A stretch of 64,000 nucleotides of DNA, taken from the NCBI GenBank assembly GCA_039815185.1, contig JBCBZT010000008.1:32001-96000 (forward strand), given 5' to 3'. Within the stretch, counting starts at the first letter, position 1. The number at the start of each line of letters is the position of its first letter. The notes beneath the pieces were generated by a model that did not search any database, was not told where the DNA came from, and was given only the letters and a program-made list of their open reading frames with translations. The translations under genes and the position numbers were made by a program. Shown here one piece after another: positions 19,631-28,519 of the stretch. This DNA comes from Cyanobacteria bacterium P01_A01_bin.123 (GTDB lineage: Bacteria > Cyanobacteriota > Cyanobacteriia > Phormidesmidales > Phormidesmidaceae).

Positions 19631-20890
19631 TCACGAATCAACTGCCTGGGCAATCTTTTGCTGGAAGCGATAAACGGTTTGCTCCAACGCTGGTGAAAAG
19701 CAGCCGCCGTCGAAGCCATAGGACTTACGTCCCACCTGCATGCGTTCGATCATGTCGATGTCTTCGTCATTGGTGACTTTCCACAAATCGATGGGGAGGT
19801 GACGTAGGGCTTCATTCTCCGGCGTCATCGCATCATCACCCACGAAATAGAACACCATGCGTTCTGCCGCTTGCTCGGGCTTGAGGGGATTGACCATAAA
19901 CACCAGAAAATAATCGGGGTGAACACCCAACATCAAGTTGGGAAAAACCGTGATGTATTCGGCGACGGTCTGCTTGCCTATGGCCTCCAAATTAGGAAAG
20001 GTGGGTAGGGAACGTCCGTCTACCACACCACTTTTGTAAAGCAAACTGCCCTGACCCACATGGATATCGCCGACGTCAAACCCAAAGTGGTCTTCCATGC
20101 GAGAGCAGCCATTTAGAGCCGGATGCACCCAGCTCAGGTGATAGCTTTCAGAAAAGTTTTCGACTGCCAGTTTCCAGTTGGCGTTGCATTGCAGATTAAC
20201 TTCTCTAGATTCACGCCGCAGCAGACTAAAGTCGTAGCCTGACCAGCGCTCAATCGCAGGCTTTAGGTATTCCGCCAGGGGTGGGGCGTCGCCAGATAGA
20301 TTAACAAAGACTAAATCTAGCCATTGTTCACAGCGAATGGAAATGAGCCCTTTGCTGGCCCGATCAAAGCCGGGATAAGCGTCTTTGTAATAGCCGCCGA
20401 AGTGGGGCGTACTTTTCAGCGTACCGTCTAGCTTGTACGTCCAGGAATGATAGGGGCAGCGGAGGTTGCCTTGCACATTGCACGGCTGATCAACCAACTG
20501 TAAGCCTCGGTGGCGACAAACATTGTGGAACGCTCGCAGCTGATGCTGATCGCGATCGCCTGTTTGAGCTGATCGACGACCCTCGCGTACCAGCACAATC
20601 GGCATACCTGCCACTTCGGTGGGATAAACATCGCCGGGATTAGGCACATCCGATGCCAAGCCGACACAGACCCAATAGTTGCTAAAAACCGTTTGGCGTT
20701 CTCGTTCGAGATACCTGGAACTGGTGTAAGCATCTGCTGATAAACCACGCTGTTGATAAGGCGCGAGGTCAATGATTGAAGCCCCTAAACGTGACTCCGG
20801 CGTCTGGAGCCCCAGAGGAGTACTTACGAGAGGACTACTCACTAGAGATGCTGCACTGGATTGGGAGGTAACTGCATTTTCCTGGGTCAT
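19631..20890 (-). CDS. Rieske non-heme iron oxygenase alpha subunit (glycine betaine demethylase / choline monooxygenase-like)
   Basis: NVCRHRG...CPYHSW Rieske motif; ENFSESYHLSWVH and DEDIDMIERMQ mononuclear-Fe ligands. Likely start ATG 20890 (or 20902); the track start at 21034 lies in the promoter/operator. Confidence 0.9.
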   Translation of the reverse strand: MTQENAVTSQSSAASLVSSPLVSTPLGLQTPESRLGASIIDLAPYQQRGLSADAYTSSRYLERERQTVFSNYWVCVGLASDVPNPGDVYPTEVAGMPIVLVREGRRSAQTGDRDQHQLRAFHNVCRHRGLQLVDQPCNVQGNLRCPYHSWTYKLDGTLKSTPHFGGYYKDAYPGFDRASKGLISIRCEQWLDLVFVNLSGDAPPLAEYLKPAIERWSGYDFSLLRRESREVNLQCNANWKLAVENFSESYHLSWVHPALNGCSRMEDHFGFDVGDIHVGQGSLLYKSGVVDGRSLPTFPNLEAIGKQTVAEYITVFPNLMLGVHPDYFLVFMVNPLKPEQAAERMVFYFVGDDAMTPENEALRHLPIDLWKVTNDEDIDMIERMQVGRKSYGFDGGCFSPALEQTVYRFQQKIAQAVDS

Positions 20891-21002
20891 ACGCCGCCTC
20901 ATGGGTCGTGAACCTAATGACTGGGATAGATTAATTTGATGGGTAATCGGTCTGAACTTTGGCTCCGACAGGCGAAAGTTCAGAAGAAATAGAACACTTA
21001 TA

Positions 21003-21020
21003 AACTTGTAATTACAAGTT
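21003..21020. promoter_or_regulatory. Perfect 18-bp palindrome, putative GntR/HutC-type operator
   Basis: AACTTGTAATTACAAGTT; a related site lies at 21317-21334. Confidence 0.65.
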
Positions 21021-21316
21021 CTGAATCTAGACAATAAAATCTGTCTCTACTTAAAAATTGTTTCCTGTTTGACAATTTTTAGATCTTTTCCAGAATTTTT
21101 CTGACATTTGGCATACATCCGGAGTGTCGCCCTGGATCGACCCGTCAGCAAGCATTTCAAGGCATCAAAGCAGGATAATCTACTGGCTTATTGCCAGATA
21201 ACCAGATCCTTTGAAGAGTCCATGGAGTCAGGTTTCTAAATATTTCTGGGTGGTATAGAAAAGTTCAAGATTTACTTGACCGCCAGCCCTTATTATCAGG
21301 GAATGCTGAAATTTAA

Positions 21317-21334
21317 AACTTGTAGTAACAGCTG
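21317..21334. promoter_or_regulatory. Second putative GntR operator, upstream of the BCCT gene
   Basis: AACTTGTAGTAACAGCTG, 13/18 identical to 21003-21020. Confidence 0.5.
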
Positions 21335-21668
21335 TATATCTGAAGACAGAAGTCCCTTTCCGTTCAATTTATCTTTGTGTTCTAAAGTTGCATTTGAAGT
21401 TCTCGATGTGCTGTGCTAACGAGGTTTCAAAACAACGGCAGTTATAGCGAAGTAAATTCAGTTATTCATGCTTTTGTTAGCTCAAGTGCCTATAAACCTT
21501 GTCCAGGTTCGGACTTGTTAGATATGAAGCGTTTTGGTAGTTGTCGCTACTTGAGTAAGGGTTGATGATCCCGAGTCTGCACGTTATTGAAGCGAACAGT
21601 ATTGAAGCAAAAAGTTGTTTTGTCGGAGCGTACGATTATGTGCGCTGTTTTTGGAGTAAACGTTACCT

Positions 21669-23339
21669 ATGACTCATGAAGACCCTAGTGTTAAGGGGCA
21701 GGAACCTTTTCTGCCGCCCGTAGGCCGTCCTCGAAGCCAACGCCAACCCGGCGATCGCAATATGGCGGGTTATGGCTTTGATTTCCATCCGGAAGTCTTT
21801 TTGGTCTCCGCCGGACTGATTTTTCTGTTTGTCGTAATGACGCTGATTTTTCGAGAACCCGCTGAGACCGCATTTGGTAATATCCAAAGCTTCATTGCCA
21901 ATGCCATGGGTTGGTTTTTCATTCTGGCAGTCAGCATTTATCTCGGGGTTGCCGTTATTTTGGCCTTTAGTAAGTTTGGTAAAATCCGCCTGGGTGGGCA
22001 AAATGCCAAGCCTGAGTTTCCAACTTTTGCCTGGGTTGCCATGCTGATCAGCGCGGGCATGGGGATTGGGCTAATGTTCTGGAGTGTTGCCGAACCGATC
22101 TACCACTTTCAGGATCCTCCAGCTCTGATTGGCACGATTGAACCCCTGTCTCGGGAGGCAGCTCAGCAAGCTTTAGGCATTACTTATTTCCACTGGGGCT
22201 TACATGCGTGGGGAATTTATGCGCTAGTCGGCCTCGCGCTGGGCTTTTTTGCCTACAACTGGGGATTACCGCTGACGATTCGCTCGGTGTTTTATCCCAT
22301 CCTGGGCGATCGCATTTATGGCTGGCCCGGCAACATGATTGATATTTTGGCCGTTGCCTCTACGCTGTTTGGGTTGGCGACCTCCCTAGGATTTGGGGTA
22401 CAGCAGGTCAATGCTGGGTTTAACTTTTTAATGGGGTTACCAGTGAGTGTCCCCATTCAGGTCGGGCTAATTGCCATCATTACTGGGTTTGCAACAGCTT
22501 CTGTCGTGTCTGGGTTAGATGCGGGTGTGCGCCGTCTCAGCGAACTCAACATGATTTTGGCGGCTGTCTTTATGGGGTTTGTGTTGCTGGTGGGGCCGAC
22601 CCTGTTTGTTTTGGGGTCTTTTGTTGAAACGGTGGGCTACTATACTGCTTCTCTACCTACCCTCAGCTTTTGGACTGAAACCTTTGACGGCACAACCTGG
22701 CAGAACGGCTGGACTGTATTTTATTGGGGCTGGTGGATTTCCTGGTCTCCTTTTGTGGGTATCTTTATTGCCCGTGTTTCTAAAGGTCGCACCGTTCGGG
22801 AATTCATTTTGGGTGTGCTGCTGTTGCCGACCCTGCTAACGTTTCTGTGGATGTCGGTGTTTGGCGGGACTGCCCTGTCTATGGAACTCGGTGAGTCCCA
22901 GGGGTTGATCAGTGGAGCTGTGGGCGAGAATGTGGCGACAGCCCTGTTTGTCATGTTGCAGCAGCTACCCCTGACTGGGATTACTTCTTTTGTCGGCATT
23001 GTGTTGGTTGTCGTGTTCTTTGTGACGTCCTCTGACTCAGGCTCTTTGGTGGTTGACAGTCTGACCTCTGGCGGCAAGCTCGAATCTCCAGTGACTCAGC
23101 GCGTCTTTTGGGCGGTGATGGAGGGGGTTATCGCGGCAGTGCTGTTGTTAGGAGGTGGCTTACAGGCGCTCCAAACAGCCTCTATCGCCACCGGACTGCC
23201 CTTCGCAATTGTGTTGTTGGTGATGTGTTACAGCCTATATCGGGGGCTAAGTCAAGAGCTAGCTATGCTTGAGGCTCAAGCTTTACAGCGTACTGAAACG
23301 CTTCCTGACGCGATACCTGAAGAAGCGATCGCCCGATAA
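21669..23339 (+). CDS. BCCT family (betaine/carnitine/choline) transporter
   Basis: AMLISAGMGIGLMFWSVAEP, FHWGLHAWGIY, WTVFYWGWWISWSPFVGIFIARVSKGRT (Trp box), FFVTSSDSGS. Confidence 0.96.
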   Translation: MTHEDPSVKGQEPFLPPVGRPRSQRQPGDRNMAGYGFDFHPEVFLVSAGLIFLFVVMTLIFREPAETAFGNIQSFIANAMGWFFILAVSIYLGVAVILAFSKFGKIRLGGQNAKPEFPTFAWVAMLISAGMGIGLMFWSVAEPIYHFQDPPALIGTIEPLSREAAQQALGITYFHWGLHAWGIYALVGLALGFFAYNWGLPLTIRSVFYPILGDRIYGWPGNMIDILAVASTLFGLATSLGFGVQQVNAGFNFLMGLPVSVPIQVGLIAIITGFATASVVSGLDAGVRRLSELNMILAAVFMGFVLLVGPTLFVLGSFVETVGYYTASLPTLSFWTETFDGTTWQNGWTVFYWGWWISWSPFVGIFIARVSKGRTVREFILGVLLLPTLLTFLWMSVFGGTALSMELGESQGLISGAVGENVATALFVMLQQLPLTGITSFVGIVLVVVFFVTSSDSGSLVVDSLTSGGKLESPVTQRVFWAVMEGVIAAVLLLGGGLQALQTASIATGLPFAIVLLVMCYSLYRGLSQELAMLEAQALQRTETLPDAIPEEAIAR

Positions 23340-23358
23340 CCTAAAAGCCCGATAGCCT

Positions 23359-23391
23359 AGAAACCGGGTTTCTTGAAGAAACCCGGTTTCT
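23359..23391. repeat. REP-like palindromic element
   Basis: AGAAACCGGGTTTCTT-G-AAGAAACCCGGTTTCT; identical arms flank the IS at 41557-41572 and 43048-43063. Confidence 0.9.
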
Positions 23392-23423
23392 GAGACAGTT
23401 TTCACAAGAAACATAACGGAACT

Positions 23424-24581
23424 ATGGTGCAACATTTTGATGCCATCGTGATTGGTGCGGGGGGCGTCGGCAGTGCGGCTGCTTACTACCTTGCCAAAGC
23501 GGGTCAGCGCGTCCTGCTGCTAGAGCAGTTTGAACTCAACCACCAAAATGGCAGTTCCTACGGCTACTCCCGTGTCATCCGCTATACCTACGACAATCCT
23601 ATCTATATCAACTTGATGCGGGATGCCTATCCCCTCTGGTTTGCGCTACAAGCAGAAGCGGGAGAACAGCTCTATGTCAAAACGGGTGGGTTAGACTTTG
23701 GGTTCCCTGATGTGGATACCTTCCAGGCGCTTAAGGCCAGTATGGATGAAGCTAGGTTGGACTACGAATATCTAACCCAACATGAAATTCACCAGCGCTA
23801 CCCTCAGTTTGCCTTGAAAGACGGGATGGCAGGCTTGTTTCAAGCGGATGCGGGGTTACTGCGAACGTCGCGCTGCGTCTTAGCCCATGTGCGCTTAGCC
23901 CAAGAACGGGGCGCAACGGTGCTCGATCAAACGCCAGTGGTGAAGGTGACGCCAGTGGTAAACGGGGTTGAAGTGCAGACGGCTAAAGAGACCTTCACTG
24001 GCGATCGCATTGTGTTGACCGCAGGCAGTTGGGCCAAGGGACTCTTAGCAGAGCAGGGCATCGACTTACCGCTAAAAGTTATGCCCTGCCAGCTAGGCTT
24101 CTACCAGCCCGATCAGCCTGCGAATTTTGAACCGGGCACGATGCCAGTCTTCTTCGCCCACATGAACGACGACTACGGCGAAATGCCCTACGGCATCCCC
24201 CACGAAGATCCCAGCATCGGCTTTAAAATCACCACCTTCTATGGTTGGGACACGGTGAATGCCCCCAGCGAGGTAGACTATACCCCCAGCCAAGACTGGA
24301 CAGAGCGGATTCGTAATTTTGCCCGCGAGTATATTCCAGGGGCGGCTGGGCCGCTGATTAGCACCCGCCGCTGCCTCTACACTCTGACGCCCGACAAACA
24401 TTTCATTGTCGATCAACACCCCAGCTATCCCCATGTGGTGATTGGGGCTGGCTTTTCTGGCCATGGGTTCAAGTTCACGACGCTGACGGGCAAAATGCTG
24501 GCCGATCTAGCAATGAATGGCAGCACCCCCCACGACACTAGCTTGTTTAAAGTCGCCCGGTTTCAGCCTGTTGAGGTGTAA
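23424..24581 (+). CDS. Monomeric sarcosine oxidase / N-methyltryptophan oxidase family flavoprotein
   Basis: IGAGGVGS, GSSYGYSRVIR, CLYTLTPDKHFIVDQHP (covalent-FAD Cys), GFSGHGFKF. Confidence 0.92.
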   Translation: MVQHFDAIVIGAGGVGSAAAYYLAKAGQRVLLLEQFELNHQNGSSYGYSRVIRYTYDNPIYINLMRDAYPLWFALQAEAGEQLYVKTGGLDFGFPDVDTFQALKASMDEARLDYEYLTQHEIHQRYPQFALKDGMAGLFQADAGLLRTSRCVLAHVRLAQERGATVLDQTPVVKVTPVVNGVEVQTAKETFTGDRIVLTAGSWAKGLLAEQGIDLPLKVMPCQLGFYQPDQPANFEPGTMPVFFAHMNDDYGEMPYGIPHEDPSIGFKITTFYGWDTVNAPSEVDYTPSQDWTERIRNFAREYIPGAAGPLISTRRCLYTLTPDKHFIVDQHPSYPHVVIGAGFSGHGFKFTTLTGKMLADLAMNGSTPHDTSLFKVARFQPVEV

Positions 24582-24659
24582 CCCTTATCCACTTTGTACA
24601 GTCGATTTCCGGAGGGAATGCTCTGTTTGCCGATAGGATAAACATGAGTAATAGCAAGC

Positions 24660-25421
24660 ATGACGTCATCTTTTATGGTTCCGAGTGAGCCAAGCACCAC
24701 CGCTAAGCAACCCCTGCATATCGTTATCTCAGAGAAGCTCAAGGCCCAAATCGAGGCAGGCCAGTATAAGCCAGGGCAGCGTTTACCCAGTGAATATGAT
24801 TTGGGAGAAAAATTTGGCGTGAGTCGCACCACCATTCGACGAGCAGTTGCCAACCTGATTCAGCAAGGGCTAGTGACCACCCAACAAGGGAAGGGGATCT
24901 TTGTCAGCGATCGCCGCAAGATCAGCTTCCCTATGTCTAACCCACTGATGCAGTTTGATGTGGTTCTGAGGGAGCAGGGGTATGCGGGGCGAATTCATTC
25001 GTTGCGGTTTCAGCTGACCAGCGCCCCCGCTGATGTGGCGTGCAAACTCAAGTTGCCGAGCCAAACAGCCCAAGTCTACTGGCAAGAAAAAATCATCTAC
25101 GCTGACGATGCTCCCATTGGTCTAGAAGTGGATTATTTCCCTGAGGCATTGGGGCATTCTTTAACCGATCAACTGCAACAGGGATTTACTTACAGCACTT
25201 TGGCGATGAATGGAATGACGCTCAATGCGGCCAAGGTGAGTTTGGAAAGTGTGCCTGCAAACTATGAACTGAGTGAGTATTTAGCGGTCCCGCTGGGCAT
25301 GCCGCTGCTGGTGTTTAACTATGTGATGTATTGGGGTAAACATGCCCCCGCATTTTGTGGCAAGACGTTATTCCGTTCTGACTGGACCTGCTATACGTCT
25401 GAAATCGAGATCAGTACTTAA
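24660..25421 (+). CDS. GntR family regulator (HutC subfamily, UTRA domain)
   Basis: YKPGQRLPSEYDLGEKFGVSRTTIRRA...QGKGIFV wHTH plus a ~150-aa C-domain. Confidence 0.92.
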   Translation: MTSSFMVPSEPSTTAKQPLHIVISEKLKAQIEAGQYKPGQRLPSEYDLGEKFGVSRTTIRRAVANLIQQGLVTTQQGKGIFVSDRRKISFPMSNPLMQFDVVLREQGYAGRIHSLRFQLTSAPADVACKLKLPSQTAQVYWQEKIIYADDAPIGLEVDYFPEALGHSLTDQLQQGFTYSTLAMNGMTLNAAKVSLESVPANYELSEYLAVPLGMPLLVFNYVMYWGKHAPAFCGKTLFRSDWTCYTSEIEIST

Positions 25422-25459
25422 AATGGGGCATAGCCAGGTTTATGGGAGTGTAACCCTTG

Positions 25460-26803
25460 ATGGTCGGTTCATCATCAGTGCGGGCGACGACGCTGAAGCA
25501 AGCCTTTCGGGTATGCAACTTGGGGGCGCTGACCGGGGCTGAAATCAAGCGCTACTATGTAGAACTTTCTGCCGCCCGCAGTCAAGCCGCGATCGACAAC
25601 GTCAGTACACAACTCGATTTTTTAGAACCGGGGGAACCCGCAGCGATTCTGTTCACAGGGCATCGGGGCTGTGGCAAGAGTACGGAGCTTAAGCGGATTC
25701 AGCGCCATTGGGAACTGCACTATGAAGTGATCTACATCAAGGCGACGGACGAACTCGACATCAACGACACAGACTACAAAGACATCTATCTGGTAGTGAT
25801 CCAATATGTGACGGCGGCGATTCAGGATTGGGGGCTAAAGCTAGACCCAAAGCTAGTGAAAGAATTTGAGGATTGGTTTAAGCAGATCACGGGCGAAACT
25901 GAGGAAAAAGTTGAAAGTTCTGTCAGCGTCAGCGGTGAGGTGGAGGCTGGGCAGCAGTTTCCGTTTGTGTTTAAGCTGATGGTGAAGCTGCTATCGCAAA
26001 TCAAGGGGTCGGATACGTACAAGCGCACGATTCGCGAAGACTTGCAGCAAGGTTTTTCTCGCTTGCAAGAGAATACCAATAATCTGCTCAAGGATGCCTA
26101 TGCCAAGCTGCGGGAAAAGAAACCCAACTGCAAAGGCTTTTTGATCATTTTGGATAATTTGGATCGGGTGCCACCGCAGGTGGGGGAGCATCTGTTTTTG
26201 AAATACGCCAATCAACTGCGGGAGCTGCACTGTGTGGCAATCTACACCGTGCCGATTTCGGTGATTTATTCGGGCCAGAATTACAGCAATGCTTTTGGTG
26301 AGCTAAAGATGATGCCGATGGTCAATATCTATCGCTATCAGCCTGACCAAGTGGATTTGGCATACGACTTGGCAGGGGTAAAACTGATGGCGACGTTGAT
26401 TGAGCAGCGGGTGCAGGTGGATGCATTGTTTGAAACGCCAGATTTGGTAGAAGAACTGGTGAAATTTAGCGGCGGGCATATGCGGCAACTCATGCAGCTG
26501 ATGCGCAATGCCTGCTTGACCGCCGGCACCCGAGGCCACAACAAAATCACCGCCGCCGACATTCAAGAGACGGCGAATCAAGAACGCTTTAACTTTGAAC
26601 GCAATATTCCCAGCGATCACTACCCGATTTTGGGGCAGATTTGTCGCACTAAGGAATCACCCCGCGAGCTGGAAGCACAGCAGAAGATGCAGTCTATGCT
26701 ATTTAATATCACCGTGCTGGAATACGTCACTGGCCCGAAGCGGTGGATCTATGTGAATCCCCTCGTGAGGCAAATCGATGCCCTCCAAGCCGTCCTGGAT
26801 TAA
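25460..26803 (+). CDS. P-loop NTPase (STAND/KAP-like AAA ATPase), module 1
   Basis: LFTGHRGCGKSTEL Walker A, LIILDNLDR Walker B, YTVPI, SGGHMRQLMQL, VLEY...NPLV. Confidence 0.88.
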   Translation: MVGSSSVRATTLKQAFRVCNLGALTGAEIKRYYVELSAARSQAAIDNVSTQLDFLEPGEPAAILFTGHRGCGKSTELKRIQRHWELHYEVIYIKATDELDINDTDYKDIYLVVIQYVTAAIQDWGLKLDPKLVKEFEDWFKQITGETEEKVESSVSVSGEVEAGQQFPFVFKLMVKLLSQIKGSDTYKRTIREDLQQGFSRLQENTNNLLKDAYAKLREKKPNCKGFLIILDNLDRVPPQVGEHLFLKYANQLRELHCVAIYTVPISVIYSGQNYSNAFGELKMMPMVNIYRYQPDQVDLAYDLAGVKLMATLIEQRVQVDALFETPDLVEELVKFSGGHMRQLMQLMRNACLTAGTRGHNKITAADIQETANQERFNFERNIPSDHYPILGQICRTKESPRELEAQQKMQSMLFNITVLEYVTGPKRWIYVNPLVRQIDALQAVLD

Positions 26804-26824
26804 GAAAACTTTGAGCCGCTTTAT

Positions 26825-26856
26825 TCCCCCTTTTTTAAGGGGGGCAGGGGGGATCG
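26825..26856. repeat. Cyanobacterial small dispersed palindromic repeat inside the TPR reading frame
   Basis: TCCCCCTTTTTTAAGGGGGGCAGGGGGGATCG, translated as part of IPPFLRGAGGI. Confidence 0.6.
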
Positions 26857-27666
26857 CGACAAGTGCCCACACCCCACAGACAACACCCGACCCAACCGAG
26901 GAATTTATCAGCCTCAACGAAGAAGCCATTGAAAAGCTGGCAACCTTCATCGACTTTGCCGAAGGCTTCACCATTGGCTTTGTGGAGATCAACTTTCTTG
27001 CCGATCTCGACATCCTGATTCAGCATTTGGCAACCCATCCCGACTGTGCCGACGCTCAGTTTATAACGCTGACCCTAGACGACCCGAATCTGAGGTTTCT
27101 AAAAGATGAACTCGTCAAGCGGTTGGCAAACGAAACCTTAGTACCCGACAAAAAGCCGATTATTTGGATTCAAGGGTTAGAACAGTCTATTCACATGTCG
27201 GGAGATTATCCCCCGATGCTGAACGACTTGAACTTTGTGCGCGATGCCTTTGTGGACTCCGTGCCCCACCCGGTGCTGTTTTGCCTACCCGATTACGCCA
27301 TTAACCGGGTTATTCAATACGCCCCGGACTTTTGGAGTTGGAAGTCGGGTCTGTTTCGGTTCAAAACCCGTCCTTCAACCCAGAAATTTGCAGCGGATAG
27401 CACCATCTTTTCTGACCGGATTCGTGAAAGTCTGTTGCTAGAAGACTGGCAGGAACGCATTGACCAACTGGAACGGCTGGTCATGGAGTATCGGCCTTCT
27501 GGCAGTCCAACGCCACCAGAGCTAGAGAATTATTGTTGGGTTTTATCAGAGTTAGGGATTGCCTATCGTGGGCAAGGCAATGTTACACAAGCTGCTTTCT
27601 ACCTCCGGCAAGCCATTGATATCACTGAGAATCAGACGAGCGCACAATCGCAGCGGGCATTAGCTT

Positions 27667-28270
27667 TACATGAGCTAGGCATTCTCAAAGCCAACCAGGG
27701 CGAGATTGAAGATGCGATCGCCCTCTACCAACAATCCCTCGACATCAAAGAACAAATCGGCAACATCCATGACAAAGCCGCCACCCTGCATCAACTTGCC
27801 ATCCTCAAAGCCAACCAGGGCGAGATTGAAGATGCGATCGCCCTCTACCAACAATCCCTCGACATCAAAGAATAAATCGGCGACATCAAGACTAAAGCTG
27901 CTACCCTGCATCAACTCGCCATCCTCAAAGCCAACCAGGGCAAGATTGAGGATGCGATCGCGCTCTACCAACAATCCCTCGACATCACAGAACAAATCGG
28001 TGACATCCAGACCAAAGCCGCCACCCTGCATCAACTCGGCATTCTCAAAGCCGACCAGGGCGAGATCGAAGACGCGATCGCCCTCTACCAAGAAGTTCTA
28101 GCTATCGATGAACAAACTGGCAACATCCAGGGCAAAGCCGCCACCCTTCATCAACTCGGCATGCTCAAAGCTAACCAGGGCGAGATTGAGGACGCGATCG
28201 CCCTCTTTCAAGAATCCCTCAACATCACAGAAAAAATCGGCGACATCCAAACCAAATCTATGACGCTTCA
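27667..28270 (+). repeat. About five tandem 120-nt (40-aa) TPR-coding repeats
   Basis: Recurring CTCAAAGCCAACCAGGGCGAGATTGAAGATGCGATCGCCCTCTACCAACAATCCCTC with 120-nt period. Confidence 0.9.
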
Positions 28271-28519
28271 GTGGATTGGGGGATTAGCCGCAGATGTTCA
28301 AAAGGACTATGAGACTGGGATTCAATGCTTCCGAGAATCCCTAGAAATTTTGCAGCGCATTGGCTCCCCGAAGGCCGAAAATGCTGAGCGTCAGTTAGCA
28401 CAGATTCAAGCACTGGCGGCTGAGCAGGCAACAACTTCTGAACCATAAAGCAGATTTGGATTTTGGCTTTCAAGGGGCTGAATTTGAATGCAACTGAACA
28501 AATCGTGCGTGGTCTCTAA

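Larger units (their letters stand above)
26778..28448 (+). pseudogene. TPR protein with degenerate NTPase-like N-domain, interrupted by in-frame TAA at 27873-27875
   Basis: ORFs 26778-27875 and 28161-28448 are in one frame with no other stop between them. The preceding repeat unit has GAACAAATC where this one has GAATAAATC (CAA>TAA). Confidence 0.85.

Noticed and set aside
20891..21034. Extended N-terminus of the Rieske protein from TTG 21034
   Set aside because: It overlaps the AT-rich promoter and operator palindrome; ATG 20890 or 20902 is more plausible.
21317..21340. NtcA box upstream of the BCCT gene
   Set aside because: GTA is present but there is no TAC at the required N8 spacing.
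27675..28091. Antisense repetitive ORF, and the many other 60-170-aa ORFs overlapping long genes (e.g. 8620-9117, 40859-41380, 50970-51443, 62272-62619)
   Set aside because: Shadow frames of well-supported genes on the other strand or frame, with no independent motifs.
27667..28270. CRISPR array or DGR template suggested by regular repeats (also 43951-44550)
   Set aside because: The repeats are contiguous 120-nt coding units without unique spacers; no cas or reverse transcriptase gene is present.
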